Notes under the pieces: generated by a model
Database searches by the model: none
What the model saw: only the letters and a program-made list of their open reading frames with translations
What the model was told of the DNA's origin: nothing
Translations under genes and position numbers: made by a program
Shown here: piece by piece, positions 1 to 9,133 of the stretch
Position numbering within the stretch: the first letter of the stretch is position 1
Layout of the letters: every line of letters begins with the position of its first letter
Source: Bacilli bacterium
Lineage (GTDB): Bacteria; Bacillota_I; Bacilli_A; RFN20; CAG-826
Assembly (NCBI GenBank): GCA_024408075.1
Contig: JAKSVK010000004.1
Location: 10,222-74,221 of the forward strand
Reading direction: 5' to 3'
Length of the DNA: 64,000 bases

Positions 1-70
1 CAATGGCTTTTTCGATTTTTGAAATTTGGAACTCACTAAGAGATCCGTCTCTTTTTTTAACGTTAAGCAT
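1..70 (-). CDS. 5' end of a ribonucleotide reductase-like gene (ATP-cone N-terminus); the rest runs off the left edge
   Basis: Reverse-strand ATG at 68-70 is preceded by AAGGGG. The translation MLNVKKRDGSLSEFQISKIEKAI matches the ATP-cone opening found at the N-terminus of NrdD/NrdA-type reductases. Only 23 codons are visible. Confidence 0.4.
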   Translation of the reverse strand, partial: MLNVKKRDGSLSEFQISKIEKAI

Positions 71-483
71 GATGTACCCCTTTGTGGTTGAAAAAACATT
101 ATGTTAGTCAACCATTTTTCCCATTTGAAATGAGTGTGATTATTATAATAAAACAATTGGATATCTCAAAGCATAAAAAACTTATTTTTACACAGTGTGA
201 AAATTACTCAAAAAAATATCGATTATATCGAAATAAAAAAATCAACATTTTTTATCGTTTTACACTACAAATTAGAGCCATTTTTAAAAACCGAAAAAAG
301 TGTTAATAAAAGTCTTGGAGACATCAGTTTAATTTATTTTTGTGTGCCAAAAATGTCCCATTTAATTCAATGATTTTACTACTTCTAAACTTGATATTAA
401 AAAAATCGACTATTAACAACATTCAGATATAAATTTTGGTAAAGTTTGGTAAAGTAAGTATCACCAAAAAATACAGCAAAAAT

Positions 484-513
484 TAAAAAAAGCCGGCAAA
501 AACCGACTTTTTT
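484..513 (-). terminator. Rho-independent terminator after yebC (can also fold on the + strand)
   Basis: The reverse strand reads AGTCGG-TTTTTG-CCGGCT followed by T7, about 17 nt after the yebC stop. Confidence 0.6.
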
Positions 514-529
514 AGAAAAATTTGATTAA

Positions 530-1234
530 TTATCTAACGTTTGTATAGACGTTTTGGACATCTTGAAGTTCATCAAGCATATCACATAATTCGTCATATT
601 TACGTCTATCTTCAGGATCAGTTAATTCAATTGGATCATTAGCAAGTAATGTTATTTCAGCTGTTTCGAATTCAGCAACGCCCATTCCATTGAGAACTTC
701 TTTTGCTTGGTTAAATGCTGAAGGTTCAACTAAAACTTCAATTTCACCATCTTCACAAGAAACTTCTCTAACATCGACATCACTTAAAATAAGATTTTCT
801 TCAACTTCATCTCTGTTCTCACCTTTAAAGACAAGAACTCCAGTCTCTGTAAAGTTAAAGATAACACTTCCCATGTGTCCGCCTTTTTTAGTAATAGATG
901 TACGAACTTCTGTAAGTGCTCTATTAGTATTATCTGTTAATGTATCAACAACAAATAAGCTTCCACCAGGTCCAAAAGCTTCGTATCTACCTTCTTCATA
1001 ACTTTCAGCAGATCCACCTTTTGCTTTTTGGATAGCTCTATCAATAACATCTTTTGTAACGTGTTGGCTTTTCCATTTTTCAACAGCACTTCTAAGTGCT
1101 AAGTTACTATTTGGATCAGGAACACCTTTCTTTGCTGCCATGTAAATTTCTTTACTAGCACGCATAAAAAGTGCGCTTCTAGCAGCAGCTGTTGCAGCCA
1201 TTGCTTTTGCTCTAACTTCGTGTGCTCTTCCCAT
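530..1234 (-). CDS. YebC/PmpR family DNA-binding transcriptional regulator
   Basis: 234-aa ORF. The N-terminus MGRAHEVRAKAMAATAAARSALF and the overall length and layout are typical of the YebC (DUF28) family. Confidence 0.9.
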   Translation of the reverse strand: MGRAHEVRAKAMAATAAARSALFMRASKEIYMAAKKGVPDPNSNLALRSAVEKWKSQHVTKDVIDRAIQKAKGGSAESYEEGRYEAFGPGGSLFVVDTLTDNTNRALTEVRTSITKKGGHMGSVIFNFTETGVLVFKGENRDEVEENLILSDVDVREVSCEDGEIEVLVEPSAFNQAKEVLNGMGVAEFETAEITLLANDPIELTDPEDRRKYDELCDMLDELQDVQNVYTNVR

Positions 1235-1290
1235 ACTTAATACCTTCTTTTCTTCAAAATCTTATCACAAAAAGTGATATATGTTAACGT

Positions 1291-2025
1291 TTAATATTCG
1301 ACTTCCACAAGCATCAATCCTTCTGCAGGTGCTTTATAGGAAACTATTTCTCTAGGCGAATTGTCATTCAACAACTCTTTTACTTTGCTTTGCTTAAGTT
1401 TTCCCTTAGCGACTTCCAAAGCTGTTCCTACTATTAATCTAATCATATAACGCATAAAGCCATTACCTATAAAATCGATTGTAATAATGTTATCTACAAA
1501 ATGAACATCGATTGAATAAATTTCACGTATAAAATTAGCCTCATCTTCCTCTTTTGAGGTAAAATTTTTAAAATTATGTATTCCAATAAAGTAGGTTAGT
1601 GTTTCTTTCAGCATTTTAACATCAATTTTAAACGGACAAACGTACGTTGTATCGTAGAAAAACACACTTTTATCATCTAAAATGATGGAATATGAATAAT
1701 GTTTTCTTTTTGCAGAAAATCTGGCGTGTAAATCATCCTCAACTTGTTCTAAATCATTAATTTTTATATCTTTTGGAAGCATTTTATTTAATGAGTATAG
1801 TAATCTATCTAAGTCAACGTGTTCTTCATCAATGTCGAAGTGAAAAGTTTGACCAACAGCATGAACACCAGCATCAGTTCTACCTGCTCCATAAATTGAA
1901 ACTTCTCTATTAAAAAACTTAGATAATTGTTTTTCAATTTCTTCTTGTATACTTGGAGCATCGGGTTGAATTTGCCAACCTTGATAGTTCCTTCCATTAT
2001 AACTTACAACTCCGAAAATTCTCAT
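1291..2025 (-). CDS. truA: tRNA pseudouridine(38-40) synthase TruA
   Basis: 244 aa with the GAGRTDAGVHA catalytic Asp motif. It follows ecfT as in Bacillus-type synteny. Confidence 0.92.
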   Translation of the reverse strand: MRIFGVVSYNGRNYQGWQIQPDAPSIQEEIEKQLSKFFNREVSIYGAGRTDAGVHAVGQTFHFDIDEEHVDLDRLLYSLNKMLPKDIKINDLEQVEDDLHARFSAKRKHYSYSIILDDKSVFFYDTTYVCPFKIDVKMLKETLTYFIGIHNFKNFTSKEEDEANFIREIYSIDVHFVDNIITIDFIGNGFMRYMIRLIVGTALEVAKGKLKQSKVKELLNDNSPREIVSYKAPAEGLMLVEVEY

Positions 2026-2034
2026 AAATCTCCA

Positions 2035-2916
2035 TCAAAACAAAGGTTTTTCTTTAAAAATCCAATAAATCAGGTCAACTTTATTACTTCCTTTATCCAT
2101 TATGAATAAAGTAAGCATTGAACCAAAAATTAAACATACAAATAACAATCCAATCAAATCTCTCCAAGTGAAAGATAAAATTCTATATCTAGATCTTTTT
2201 GCATAAGGATCATAAGCTCTTGCTTCCATAGCGTTTGATAGTTCTTCACTTCTACCAATCGCTGAAATAAATAAAGGAACCACCAAAGAAATTAAAGCCG
2301 AGAATCGTTTAAATCCTCTAGAAGTAAAATTAACACCTCTTGAAGACTGAGCTTTGATTATTCTATCTGTTTCATCTAGCAGAGTTGGGATAAATCGAAG
2401 CGCAATTGAAAGCGTCATAGCAACAATATGACTTGGGAACTTAACAAGTTTAAGTGGAGTCATATACCATTCAAATCCATAGGTTAAATTCATAGGAGAA
2501 GTTGTACTTGTTAGCAACATCATTATCATAAGTATCATGATAATTCTTAAAATAATGTATCCTGCTTGATAAAAAGCATCATAATTCACACCATATTTAC
2601 CTATATAAAAGGCTATATGACTTGGATTATAACTACTATTTGGAATGAAAATATAAATTATTAGTAAAAATACAATTAATAGCCACATTGCTTTTAACGA
2701 TTTAAATAAATCAATAAAACTTATTTTTGCTATAGCAAATAAACCAACTAGGATTAATAAAATGATTCCAGAAATTATAAGTGCAGTTGACCAAACAGAA
2801 ACTTTTAAAAATATAGTTACAAATAACAAAATAAGTAAAAGAATCTTATTCCTAGGATCAAGTTTATGAATAAATGTATTAAATGGAGTAAATCTTCCGA
2901 AGGTTATCTGACTCAT
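2035..2916 (-). CDS. ecfT: ECF transporter transmembrane (T) component
   Basis: 293-aa polytopic membrane ORF with a 4-nt overlap with ecfA2. It carries a CbiQ/EcfT-like RSEELSNAMEARAYD coupling-helix region. Confidence 0.85.
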   Translation of the reverse strand: MSQITFGRFTPFNTFIHKLDPRNKILLLILLFVTIFLKVSVWSTALIISGIILLILVGLFAIAKISFIDLFKSLKAMWLLIVFLLIIYIFIPNSSYNPSHIAFYIGKYGVNYDAFYQAGYIILRIIMILMIMMLLTSTTSPMNLTYGFEWYMTPLKLVKFPSHIVAMTLSIALRFIPTLLDETDRIIKAQSSRGVNFTSRGFKRFSALISLVVPLFISAIGRSEELSNAMEARAYDPYAKRSRYRILSFTWRDLIGLLFVCLIFGSMLTLFIMDKGSNKVDLIYWIFKEKPLF

Positions 2917-3761
2917 TTTCTAACCCTCTCGATTTCTTTAAATAATGATGGAATATCTCTTATATTAGAAATATTAATGTTTAAGCCTTTTTTAATAAGT
3001 TCTTTTGCAAATAGGTATAATTGAGGAATTTCTAAAGAAAGTTCTTTTGCATCTAACTCAAATAATGATTGAGGATTACCTTGATATACTATTTTGCCAT
3101 CGTTTAAGACAATAACATCTGTTGCAATGTTCAAAACTAATTCCATATCATGTGAGACAATAATTATTGTTTTCCCTTGTTCATTTAAAGTATGGATTAA
3201 ATCCATAACCATATTCATTCCTTCAGGATCTAATCCAGCTGTAGGTTCATCAAGAACAAGAATATCAGGATTAAGAACAAGAATACCTGCTATAGCAACC
3301 CTTCGTTTTTCTCCACCAGATAATTCTAATGGTGATCTTTTATAAAATGATTCGTCTATTCCAACCATTGATAAGGCTTTATGTGCCTCTTCAATAGCCT
3401 CAGGTTCTTTCATTCCATAATTTTTAAGTCCAAAGGCAACATCTTTTTCAATTGTTTCTTCGAAAAGTTGATATTCAGGGAATTGGAAAACAACAGCGAT
3501 ATGTTTACGCAATTCTTTTATTTGTTTATTTTTCTTCTTCTTAGAAGTAATTACAAAATCATCAACAACAACTTCACCAGAACTTGGCAAAATCAACGCA
3601 TTTAAAGTCTGAATTAAAGTAGATTTTCCACTACCTGTATGGCCAACGATTGCAGTTATTGACTTGCCTTTTATTTCACAAGAAACATCATGCAAAGCAT
3701 GAACAGTATTATTAGTTTTAGGAAGATAATCAAATGAGAGGCGACTTATTTTAATCGACAT
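2913..3761 (-). CDS. ecfA2: ECF transporter ATPase subunit A2
   Basis: Walker A GHTGSGKST, signature LSGGEKRRV, Walker B ILVLDEPTAGLD. It is the second of two tandem ABC ATPases upstream of ecfT. Confidence 0.88.
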   Translation of the reverse strand: MSIKISRLSFDYLPKTNNTVHALHDVSCEIKGKSITAIVGHTGSGKSTLIQTLNALILPSSGEVVVDDFVITSKKKKNKQIKELRKHIAVVFQFPEYQLFEETIEKDVAFGLKNYGMKEPEAIEEAHKALSMVGIDESFYKRSPLELSGGEKRRVAIAGILVLNPDILVLDEPTAGLDPEGMNMVMDLIHTLNEQGKTIIIVSHDMELVLNIATDVIVLNDGKIVYQGNPQSLFELDAKELSLEIPQLYLFAKELIKKGLNINISNIRDIPSLFKEIERVRK

Positions 3762-4561
3762 AAGCTTTCCTCCATTTCTTCCAATGTAGAAACATTTTTA
3801 AATCCTTTTTCTTTCATTGCTTTTTGCATTTTATAAATAAAAGGACGTTGTAAATGATATTTTTCAATAATAGAGTCATCGTTAAATATTTCATCAGGTT
3901 TAGCAAATTTAATGAGTTTACCTTTATCCATTAAAGCTACTTTGTCACATCTATTTGCTTCTTCTACATCATGAGTAATAGTTAAAATAATCAAATCAGG
4001 ATTTTCTTTCCTCATATTTGATATAACTTGTAATATTTCCTTTTTCCCTTCAGGATCAAGCATACTAGTAGCTTCATCAAGAATTAAAATTTCAGGATTT
4101 ATAACTAAAGCATCAGCAATTGCTACACGTTGTTTTTGACCACCAGAAAGAAATGCTGGCTCTTTATTAAGGAAATCTTTCATCCCTACTTTTTCAGCAT
4201 ATTCTTTTACTTTTTTAAGCATTTCATCTCTAGGAACATTTCTGTTTTCTAAAGAAAAGGCAATATCATCTTCAACAGTTGCACCAATAAATTGGTTATC
4301 TGGATTTTGAAATACTATAGAAACTTTGTTTCTAATAGAATTATGATTTTCTCTAGTTAATTGAACATCTGAGATGTATATTTCTCCTTCTTTAAATGGT
4401 AATAAACCAACTAATATTCTTGCTAAAGTTGATTTACCACAGCCATTATGACCGAGAAGTGCTACATATGAACCACGTTCAATTTCTAAAGAAAAATTAT
4501 CTATTGTTTTATTGTCTTTAGTGTATGAAAAACTTAAATTTTTAATTTTTAGGGAGTTCAT
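3746..4561 (-). CDS. ecfA1: ECF transporter ATPase subunit A1
   Basis: Walker A GHNGCGKST, signature LSGGQKQRV, Walker B ILILDEATSMLD. Confidence 0.88.
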   Translation of the reverse strand: MNSLKIKNLSFSYTKDNKTIDNFSLEIERGSYVALLGHNGCGKSTLARILVGLLPFKEGEIYISDVQLTRENHNSIRNKVSIVFQNPDNQFIGATVEDDIAFSLENRNVPRDEMLKKVKEYAEKVGMKDFLNKEPAFLSGGQKQRVAIADALVINPEILILDEATSMLDPEGKKEILQVISNMRKENPDLIILTITHDVEEANRCDKVALMDKGKLIKFAKPDEIFNDDSIIEKYHLQRPFIYKMQKAMKEKGFKNVSTLEEMEESLCRLK

Positions 4562-4594
4562 GACGTTAATTATAACAAATTTACATTCATTATA

Positions 4595-5185
4595 TTAAGA
4601 ATGTAATAATAATTTTGCTATTTTGATTTTCATTGCATTAACTTTTTTGTGCACGGTTGTGTACGATAAATGATATTGGTCTGCAATTTCATAAGATGAA
4701 AAACCATACAAATATTTCTTCATTATCATCAAGTCTTTTTTGCTTATTCCAGGATAGTGATGATGTAAATTTCTGATTAATATTTCAATTGTTTCATCTT
4801 CATATTCATCATTAGGACTTGCAAAATACATCATTTCATCATCACTTAATGGAATAGTTGTATTGTTAAATCCATAACGATATCCTTCAGAAGAATCTTT
4901 AATCAATTTCATCACATCATTTCTAGCAACTATGCTCCAATATGTTTTGAATTTACTTTTTTGATCAAACTTTCTTGTTGCTCTAGAAACTGATAAAAGT
5001 GCGCAATTAACACAATCTTCAAGTTCTAAATACGTTTGACTTTTAAAATCACGATATATTGACCTTGCAATAATCTCTGCAAGTTTTTTATACCTTTCAA
5101 ACATTTCTGTTTCTGCATCAAAATCTCCTTTCTTTATTCTTAAAACTAAGTCCTCATCCGAGACTCCCATATACTTTTTAAACAT
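4595..5185 (-). CDS. Sigma-70 family alternative sigma factor, SigH-like by position
   Basis: 196 aa. It has a region-2-like N-terminal half and a C-terminal helix-turn-helix (SYEIADQYHLSYTTVHKKV). It lies downstream of cysS-rlmB, the position of sigH in Bacillus. Confidence 0.6.
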   Translation of the reverse strand: MFKKYMGVSDEDLVLRIKKGDFDAETEMFERYKKLAEIIARSIYRDFKSQTYLELEDCVNCALLSVSRATRKFDQKSKFKTYWSIVARNDVMKLIKDSSEGYRYGFNNTTIPLSDDEMMYFASPNDEYEDETIEILIRNLHHHYPGISKKDLMIMKKYLYGFSSYEIADQYHLSYTTVHKKVNAMKIKIAKLLLHS

Positions 5186-5234
5186 TATAAAAAGTCCTTC
5201 CTTTCTGGAAGAACTTCGTTAAGTTATAAAGACA

Positions 5235-5951
5235 TTATCCTCTTATTCTGGAAAGAAGAATTCCTGCAGCAACTGAGGCATTTAATGAATTAACATGCCC
5301 ATTTTGAGGAATTTTTATTATGTAATCTGAGTTTTTTAAGACAAGTTGAGAGACTCCCTGACCCTCACTGCCAATAACTAATGCAATAGGAAAATCATAT
5401 TTTAATTCGGTATAAGATTGTTTAGCACTCCCATCGCTGCTAACAACCCAGAAACCATTTTCTTTTAATTTATCAATGGCTTGATTCATATTGTTAACTA
5501 ACGATACCGGAACATAGTTAATTGCTCCTGCACTAGTTTTTGCAACTGTTGAATTCAATGGAACTTGATTATGTTTTGAAATAATAATTCCAGTAACATC
5601 AAAAACGTCACAGCTTCTTAATATTGCTCCCATATTTTGAGGATCATTAATGCCATCTAAAAGAACAATAATTGGAACTTTTTTATCCTTACTGCGACGT
5701 ATTAATTCATTTAAGTCTAGATATTCATATGGTTTTATTTCAGCCATAATCCCTTGATGTACACCATTTGTTTTATTATTTAATTCATTTAGTGAAACCC
5801 TCTTAATATCTACTTTTTGTAGTTTAATTAAGTCTAGGATAGTTCTATCGCTAAAACTGTCTTGAATAAAAACAGTCTTCACTTTTTGTGCTTTTAGAGC
5901 CTCCTTAACTGGGTTCCTCCCGAATATGAGATTGTCTATAATATTTTTCAT
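5235..5951 (-). CDS. rlmB: 23S rRNA (guanosine-2'-O)-methyltransferase RlmB / TrmH-family SPOUT methyltransferase
   Basis: 238 aa with an N-terminal substrate-binding-like domain plus a SPOUT C-terminus (LVIGSEGQGVS, NASVAAGILL). It lies immediately downstream of cysS. Confidence 0.8.
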   Translation of the reverse strand: MKNIIDNLIFGRNPVKEALKAQKVKTVFIQDSFSDRTILDLIKLQKVDIKRVSLNELNNKTNGVHQGIMAEIKPYEYLDLNELIRRSKDKKVPIIVLLDGINDPQNMGAILRSCDVFDVTGIIISKHNQVPLNSTVAKTSAGAINYVPVSLVNNMNQAIDKLKENGFWVVSSDGSAKQSYTELKYDFPIALVIGSEGQGVSQLVLKNSDYIIKIPQNGHVNSLNASVAAGILLSRIRG

Positions 5952-5962
5952 CAGTTTAATTT

Positions 5963-7300
5963 TTACATTATTCCTTTATCAGAAAGGATTTTTCTATATT
6001 TATCAGATTGTTCAAAATCTTTATTTTTTTTGGAAATACTGTAGTTTTGATAGGTTTTTTTATCTTCTTCCGACATTTCAACATATCGAATATCAAGACC
6101 TAAAATCATCAACATATCATTAAGAGATTTAAACTTATTGTTAAGATCATTCAAATCAACTTGTGGGTTTCTAACATCAGCATTAATCATCTTCACAATG
6201 TTATAAACTTCAGTAAGAGCATTTGATGTATTCAAATCATCTGCAAGAGATTCAATAAACTTATTAATGTAGGTTGCTTTTCCTTCATTAATATAAATAT
6301 TATTTGCTTGTAATAATAAAGCAGCTTGCTTAACAGCCATCATTATCTTTTTAGTTTCAGTATCTGCACTTAAAACAGTTTCATCTGTAAAGTTAACTGG
6401 TTGACGATAATGAGCACTTAAAATAACCATTCTAGTTAATGGTCCGCCATACTTTTCAAGCATATCTTTAGCTAAAACAATATTGCCTAAAGACTTAGAC
6501 ATTTTCTCATTACCAAAGTTAATAAATGCATTATGCATCCAATACTTAGCAATTCTATTGCTATGTGTTGCCATACTTTGAGCAATTTCATTTTCATGAT
6601 GTGGGAATTTTAGATCATATCCACCACCATGAATATCAATGTAATGACTTGGGAATATAGTATCAATCATGACGCAGCACTCTGTATGCCATCCTGGACG
6701 TCCATTTCCCCAAGGAGATGGCCATGAAATACCAACATTAGTTTTCTTCCATAAAGCAAAATCTAATGGAGATTCTTTTTGTGAATTTTCTTCAATACGA
6801 GCGCCTACAATTAAATCATCAAGATTAATTCCACTAAGTGCACCATAATCTTTAATTTTATTTACTCTAAAGTAAACATCCCCATCAACTACATAAGCTG
6901 CTCCTATCTTAACCAGATTATCAACATATTTAATAATATGATTAACATATTCAGTAACTTTTGGAGTCACGTTAGGAAGAAGAGAGCCTATTGCTAATGT
7001 AGTTTTTTTAAATTCATTAATGAAGAATTCAGTAAGTTCTTTTTCGCTCTTACCTTCTTTGATAGCTTCTTTAATGATCTTGTCATCAACATCAGTAAAG
7101 TTAGAAACATAAGTTACTTCATAACCAATATAAGAAAAGAAACGTCTAAGTACATCAAAAACAACAACAGGACGCATATTTCCAATATGAGGATAGTTGT
7201 ACACTGTTGGTCCACAGACATACATTGAAACTTTCCCTTCTTGTAAAGGAACAAACTTTTCAACTTTATTAGTTAATGAATTGTAAACTTTGATTTCCAT
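5963..7300 (-). CDS. cysS: Cysteine--tRNA ligase
   Basis: Contains HIGN (HIGH-type) and KMSKS motifs. I place the start at the ATG at 7298-7300 (MEIKVYNSL) because the upstream in-frame Met lies inside the hydA terminator T-tract. Confidence 0.93.
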   Translation of the reverse strand: MEIKVYNSLTNKVEKFVPLQEGKVSMYVCGPTVYNYPHIGNMRPVVVFDVLRRFFSYIGYEVTYVSNFTDVDDKIIKEAIKEGKSEKELTEFFINEFKKTTLAIGSLLPNVTPKVTEYVNHIIKYVDNLVKIGAAYVVDGDVYFRVNKIKDYGALSGINLDDLIVGARIEENSQKESPLDFALWKKTNVGISWPSPWGNGRPGWHTECCVMIDTIFPSHYIDIHGGGYDLKFPHHENEIAQSMATHSNRIAKYWMHNAFINFGNEKMSKSLGNIVLAKDMLEKYGGPLTRMVILSAHYRQPVNFTDETVLSADTETKKIMMAVKQAALLLQANNIYINEGKATYINKFIESLADDLNTSNALTEVYNIVKMINADVRNPQVDLNDLNNKFKSLNDMLMILGLDIRYVEMSEEDKKTYQNYSISKKNKDFEQSDKYRKILSDKGIM

Positions 7301-7310
7301 AAATCCCTTA

Positions 7311-7340
7311 AAAAACACAAAAGTCTCAAATGAGACTTAA
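7311..7340 (-). terminator. Rho-independent terminator after hydA
   Basis: The reverse strand reads AAGTCTCA-TT-TGAGACTT followed by TTGTGTTTTTT, about 17 nt after the hydA stop. Confidence 0.55.
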
Positions 7341-7356
7341 GTGCTTGATAATATAA

Positions 7357-9120
7357 TTATTTTTTGTTAGGAAATTTTTCTCTATGAGCATCGTAACTTG
7401 TATGAAGTAATTTTTCAGCAAGTTCACTGCCAGGTTTTCCTAAATAATTTTTGTATAAAGCTTGAACGTCTTTATTGTTATGTGATTGTCTAATCACTTG
7501 TCTTTCATCTTCGCTATATAAGACACTAGCACGTTTTGCTTTATATGTATCTAAGATATCAAGATCTTCATTTGGCAAGAACATTGGTTTAACAAATGGT
7601 TGTCCACCACCATTAATACAACCGCCAGGGCAGCCCATTACTTCAACAAATGCGTATGGAGATTTGCCTTCTTTAATTTGATCAAGTAAGACTTTGCCAT
7701 TTCTCATACCACTGGTAATAGCAACCTTAAGTTCTGTTCCATTAATATTTAAAGTAGCTTCTTTAACTCCATCTAAGCCTCTAACAGCTTCAAAGTTAAT
7801 TGCACCAAATTCTTTTCCAGTTAACCAGAAATATGCGGTACGAAGTGCTGCTTCCATAACACCACCTGTGACACCAAAGATAACTCCAGCCCCACTATAT
7901 TGACCTAATAAATCATTATCAAATTCTTCTTCAGGCAATTTATTCCAGTTAATACCATTTCTCTTAATGAGTTTAGCAAGTTCTCTAGTTGTTAAAACTG
8001 CATCAACATCGTTTGGCATTTCTTTACGTTGTCTTTCATATTTTTTAGCAGTACATGGCATGATTGAAACTACAAAGATATCTTTAGGGTCTAGTTCATG
8101 CTTTTCTGCAAAATAAGTTTTAATAATTGCACCCATCATCATATGTGGAGACTTACATGTAGAAACGTGTGGAATAAGTTCACGATAGAAATATTCAAGG
8201 TAGTTTATCCAACCTGGTGAGCAAGAAGTAATTTGTGGTAAGACTCCTTTATTTTTGATTCTTTCCATCAATTCATGAGCTTCTTCCATAATAGTTAAGT
8301 CAGCTGCGAAGTTGGTATCAAAGACACGGTAGAAACCAAGCCTATGAAGTGCAGCAACCATTTTACCAGTTCCTGGAGTTCCAATCTTTTCTCCAAATTC
8401 TTCAGCAATAGCAGCTCTAACAGCTGGTGCAGTTTGAACAATTACCTTTTTTCCAGCTTTCATTGCTGCATCAACTTTATCAATTTCACTATGTTCCATT
8501 AATGCACCTGTAGGGCATACGTTCACACATTGTCCACATTGCATACATGGGGAATTAGCAAAACTTCTATTTTCGATAGGAGAAACGATAGTATTAAATC
8601 CACGGTTTTCAAATCCTAGGATTGAAATACCTTGGGCTTCTTTACATCTTTCAATACATCTTCCACATAAAATACATTTAGATGTATCTCTAATAATTCC
8701 AGGAGCAAGAGTATCAATTGTAGCAGGAGTTTGACTTCCTTCATACATATGATCTCTAGCACCAACCATCTTAGAAACTTCTAATAATTCACAATGTCCG
8801 TTTTTCTCACATTGTAAGCAGTTTTTATGGTGGTTAGAAAGAATTAATTCAACACTAGCTCTTCGAGCTTCAACTGCTTTTTGAGAAGAAATAGTAATTT
8901 CCATTCCTTCGTTAACAGGATATACACATGAAGCAACTAAGCCTCTTGCACCTTTAACTTCAACTAAACATGCACGACATGATGCACGTGAGCATTTACC
9001 ATTGTTAAATGCACAAAGAGAAGGAATGTTATAGCCACAAATTCTTGCAGCTTCAAGTATTGTTAGGCCAGCATCAACTTGATAGTCATGACCTTCAATT
9101 TTAATATTTACTTTTGCCAT
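7357..9120 (-). CDS. hydA: [FeFe] hydrogenase catalytic subunit HydA (M3-type: 2Fe-2S, His-ligated 4Fe-4S, 2x ferredoxin 4Fe-4S, H-domain)
   Basis: L2 motif MPCTAKKYE, L3 motif EVMGCPGGCINGG, and L1 variant TSCSPGW. The N-terminal cluster motifs are HHKNCLQCEKNGHC, CILCGRCIERC and CMQCGQCVNVCP. The start at 9120 (MAKVNIKIEG) has an AAGGAGGA Shine-Dalgarno sequence, and the 21-codon upstream extension overlaps hydB. Confidence 0.9.
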   Translation of the reverse strand: MAKVNIKIEGHDYQVDAGLTILEAARICGYNIPSLCAFNNGKCSRASCRACLVEVKGARGLVASCVYPVNEGMEITISSQKAVEARRASVELILSNHHKNCLQCEKNGHCELLEVSKMVGARDHMYEGSQTPATIDTLAPGIIRDTSKCILCGRCIERCKEAQGISILGFENRGFNTIVSPIENRSFANSPCMQCGQCVNVCPTGALMEHSEIDKVDAAMKAGKKVIVQTAPAVRAAIAEEFGEKIGTPGTGKMVAALHRLGFYRVFDTNFAADLTIMEEAHELMERIKNKGVLPQITSCSPGWINYLEYFYRELIPHVSTCKSPHMMMGAIIKTYFAEKHELDPKDIFVVSIMPCTAKKYERQRKEMPNDVDAVLTTRELAKLIKRNGINWNKLPEEEFDNDLLGQYSGAGVIFGVTGGVMEAALRTAYFWLTGKEFGAINFEAVRGLDGVKEATLNINGTELKVAITSGMRNGKVLLDQIKEGKSPYAFVEVMGCPGGCINGGGQPFVKPMFLPNEDLDILDTYKAKRASVLYSEDERQVIRQSHNNKDVQALYKNYLGKPGSELAEKLLHTSYDAHREKFPNKK

Positions 9121-9133
9121 TTTTACGTCCTCC

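Noticed and set aside
82-306. 74-aa + strand ORF in the 460-bp intergenic region upstream of the reductase gene
   Set aside because: It has a TTG start and no Shine-Dalgarno sequence. Its Lys/Ile/Phe-rich composition is what random AT-rich DNA encodes. It lies in the expected promoter region of a reverse-strand gene.
435-454. Tandem direct repeat TTTGGTAAAG x2
   Set aside because: It has only two 10-nt units in AT-rich spacer DNA and no further copies in the window. It is too short to call a repeat element or binding array.
71-529. Search for NrdR boxes or a riboswitch upstream of the ATP-cone reductase gene
   Set aside because: I found only partial matches (for example ACACTACAAATTAGAG and CACAGTGTG). 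There is no convincing pair of 16-bp palindromes and no GC-rich structured block. I cannot support a call by eye.
7301-7356. T-box or other leader upstream of cysS
   Set aside because: Only ~56 nt separate hydA from cysS, and the hydA terminator hairpin occupies them. There is no room for a T-box.
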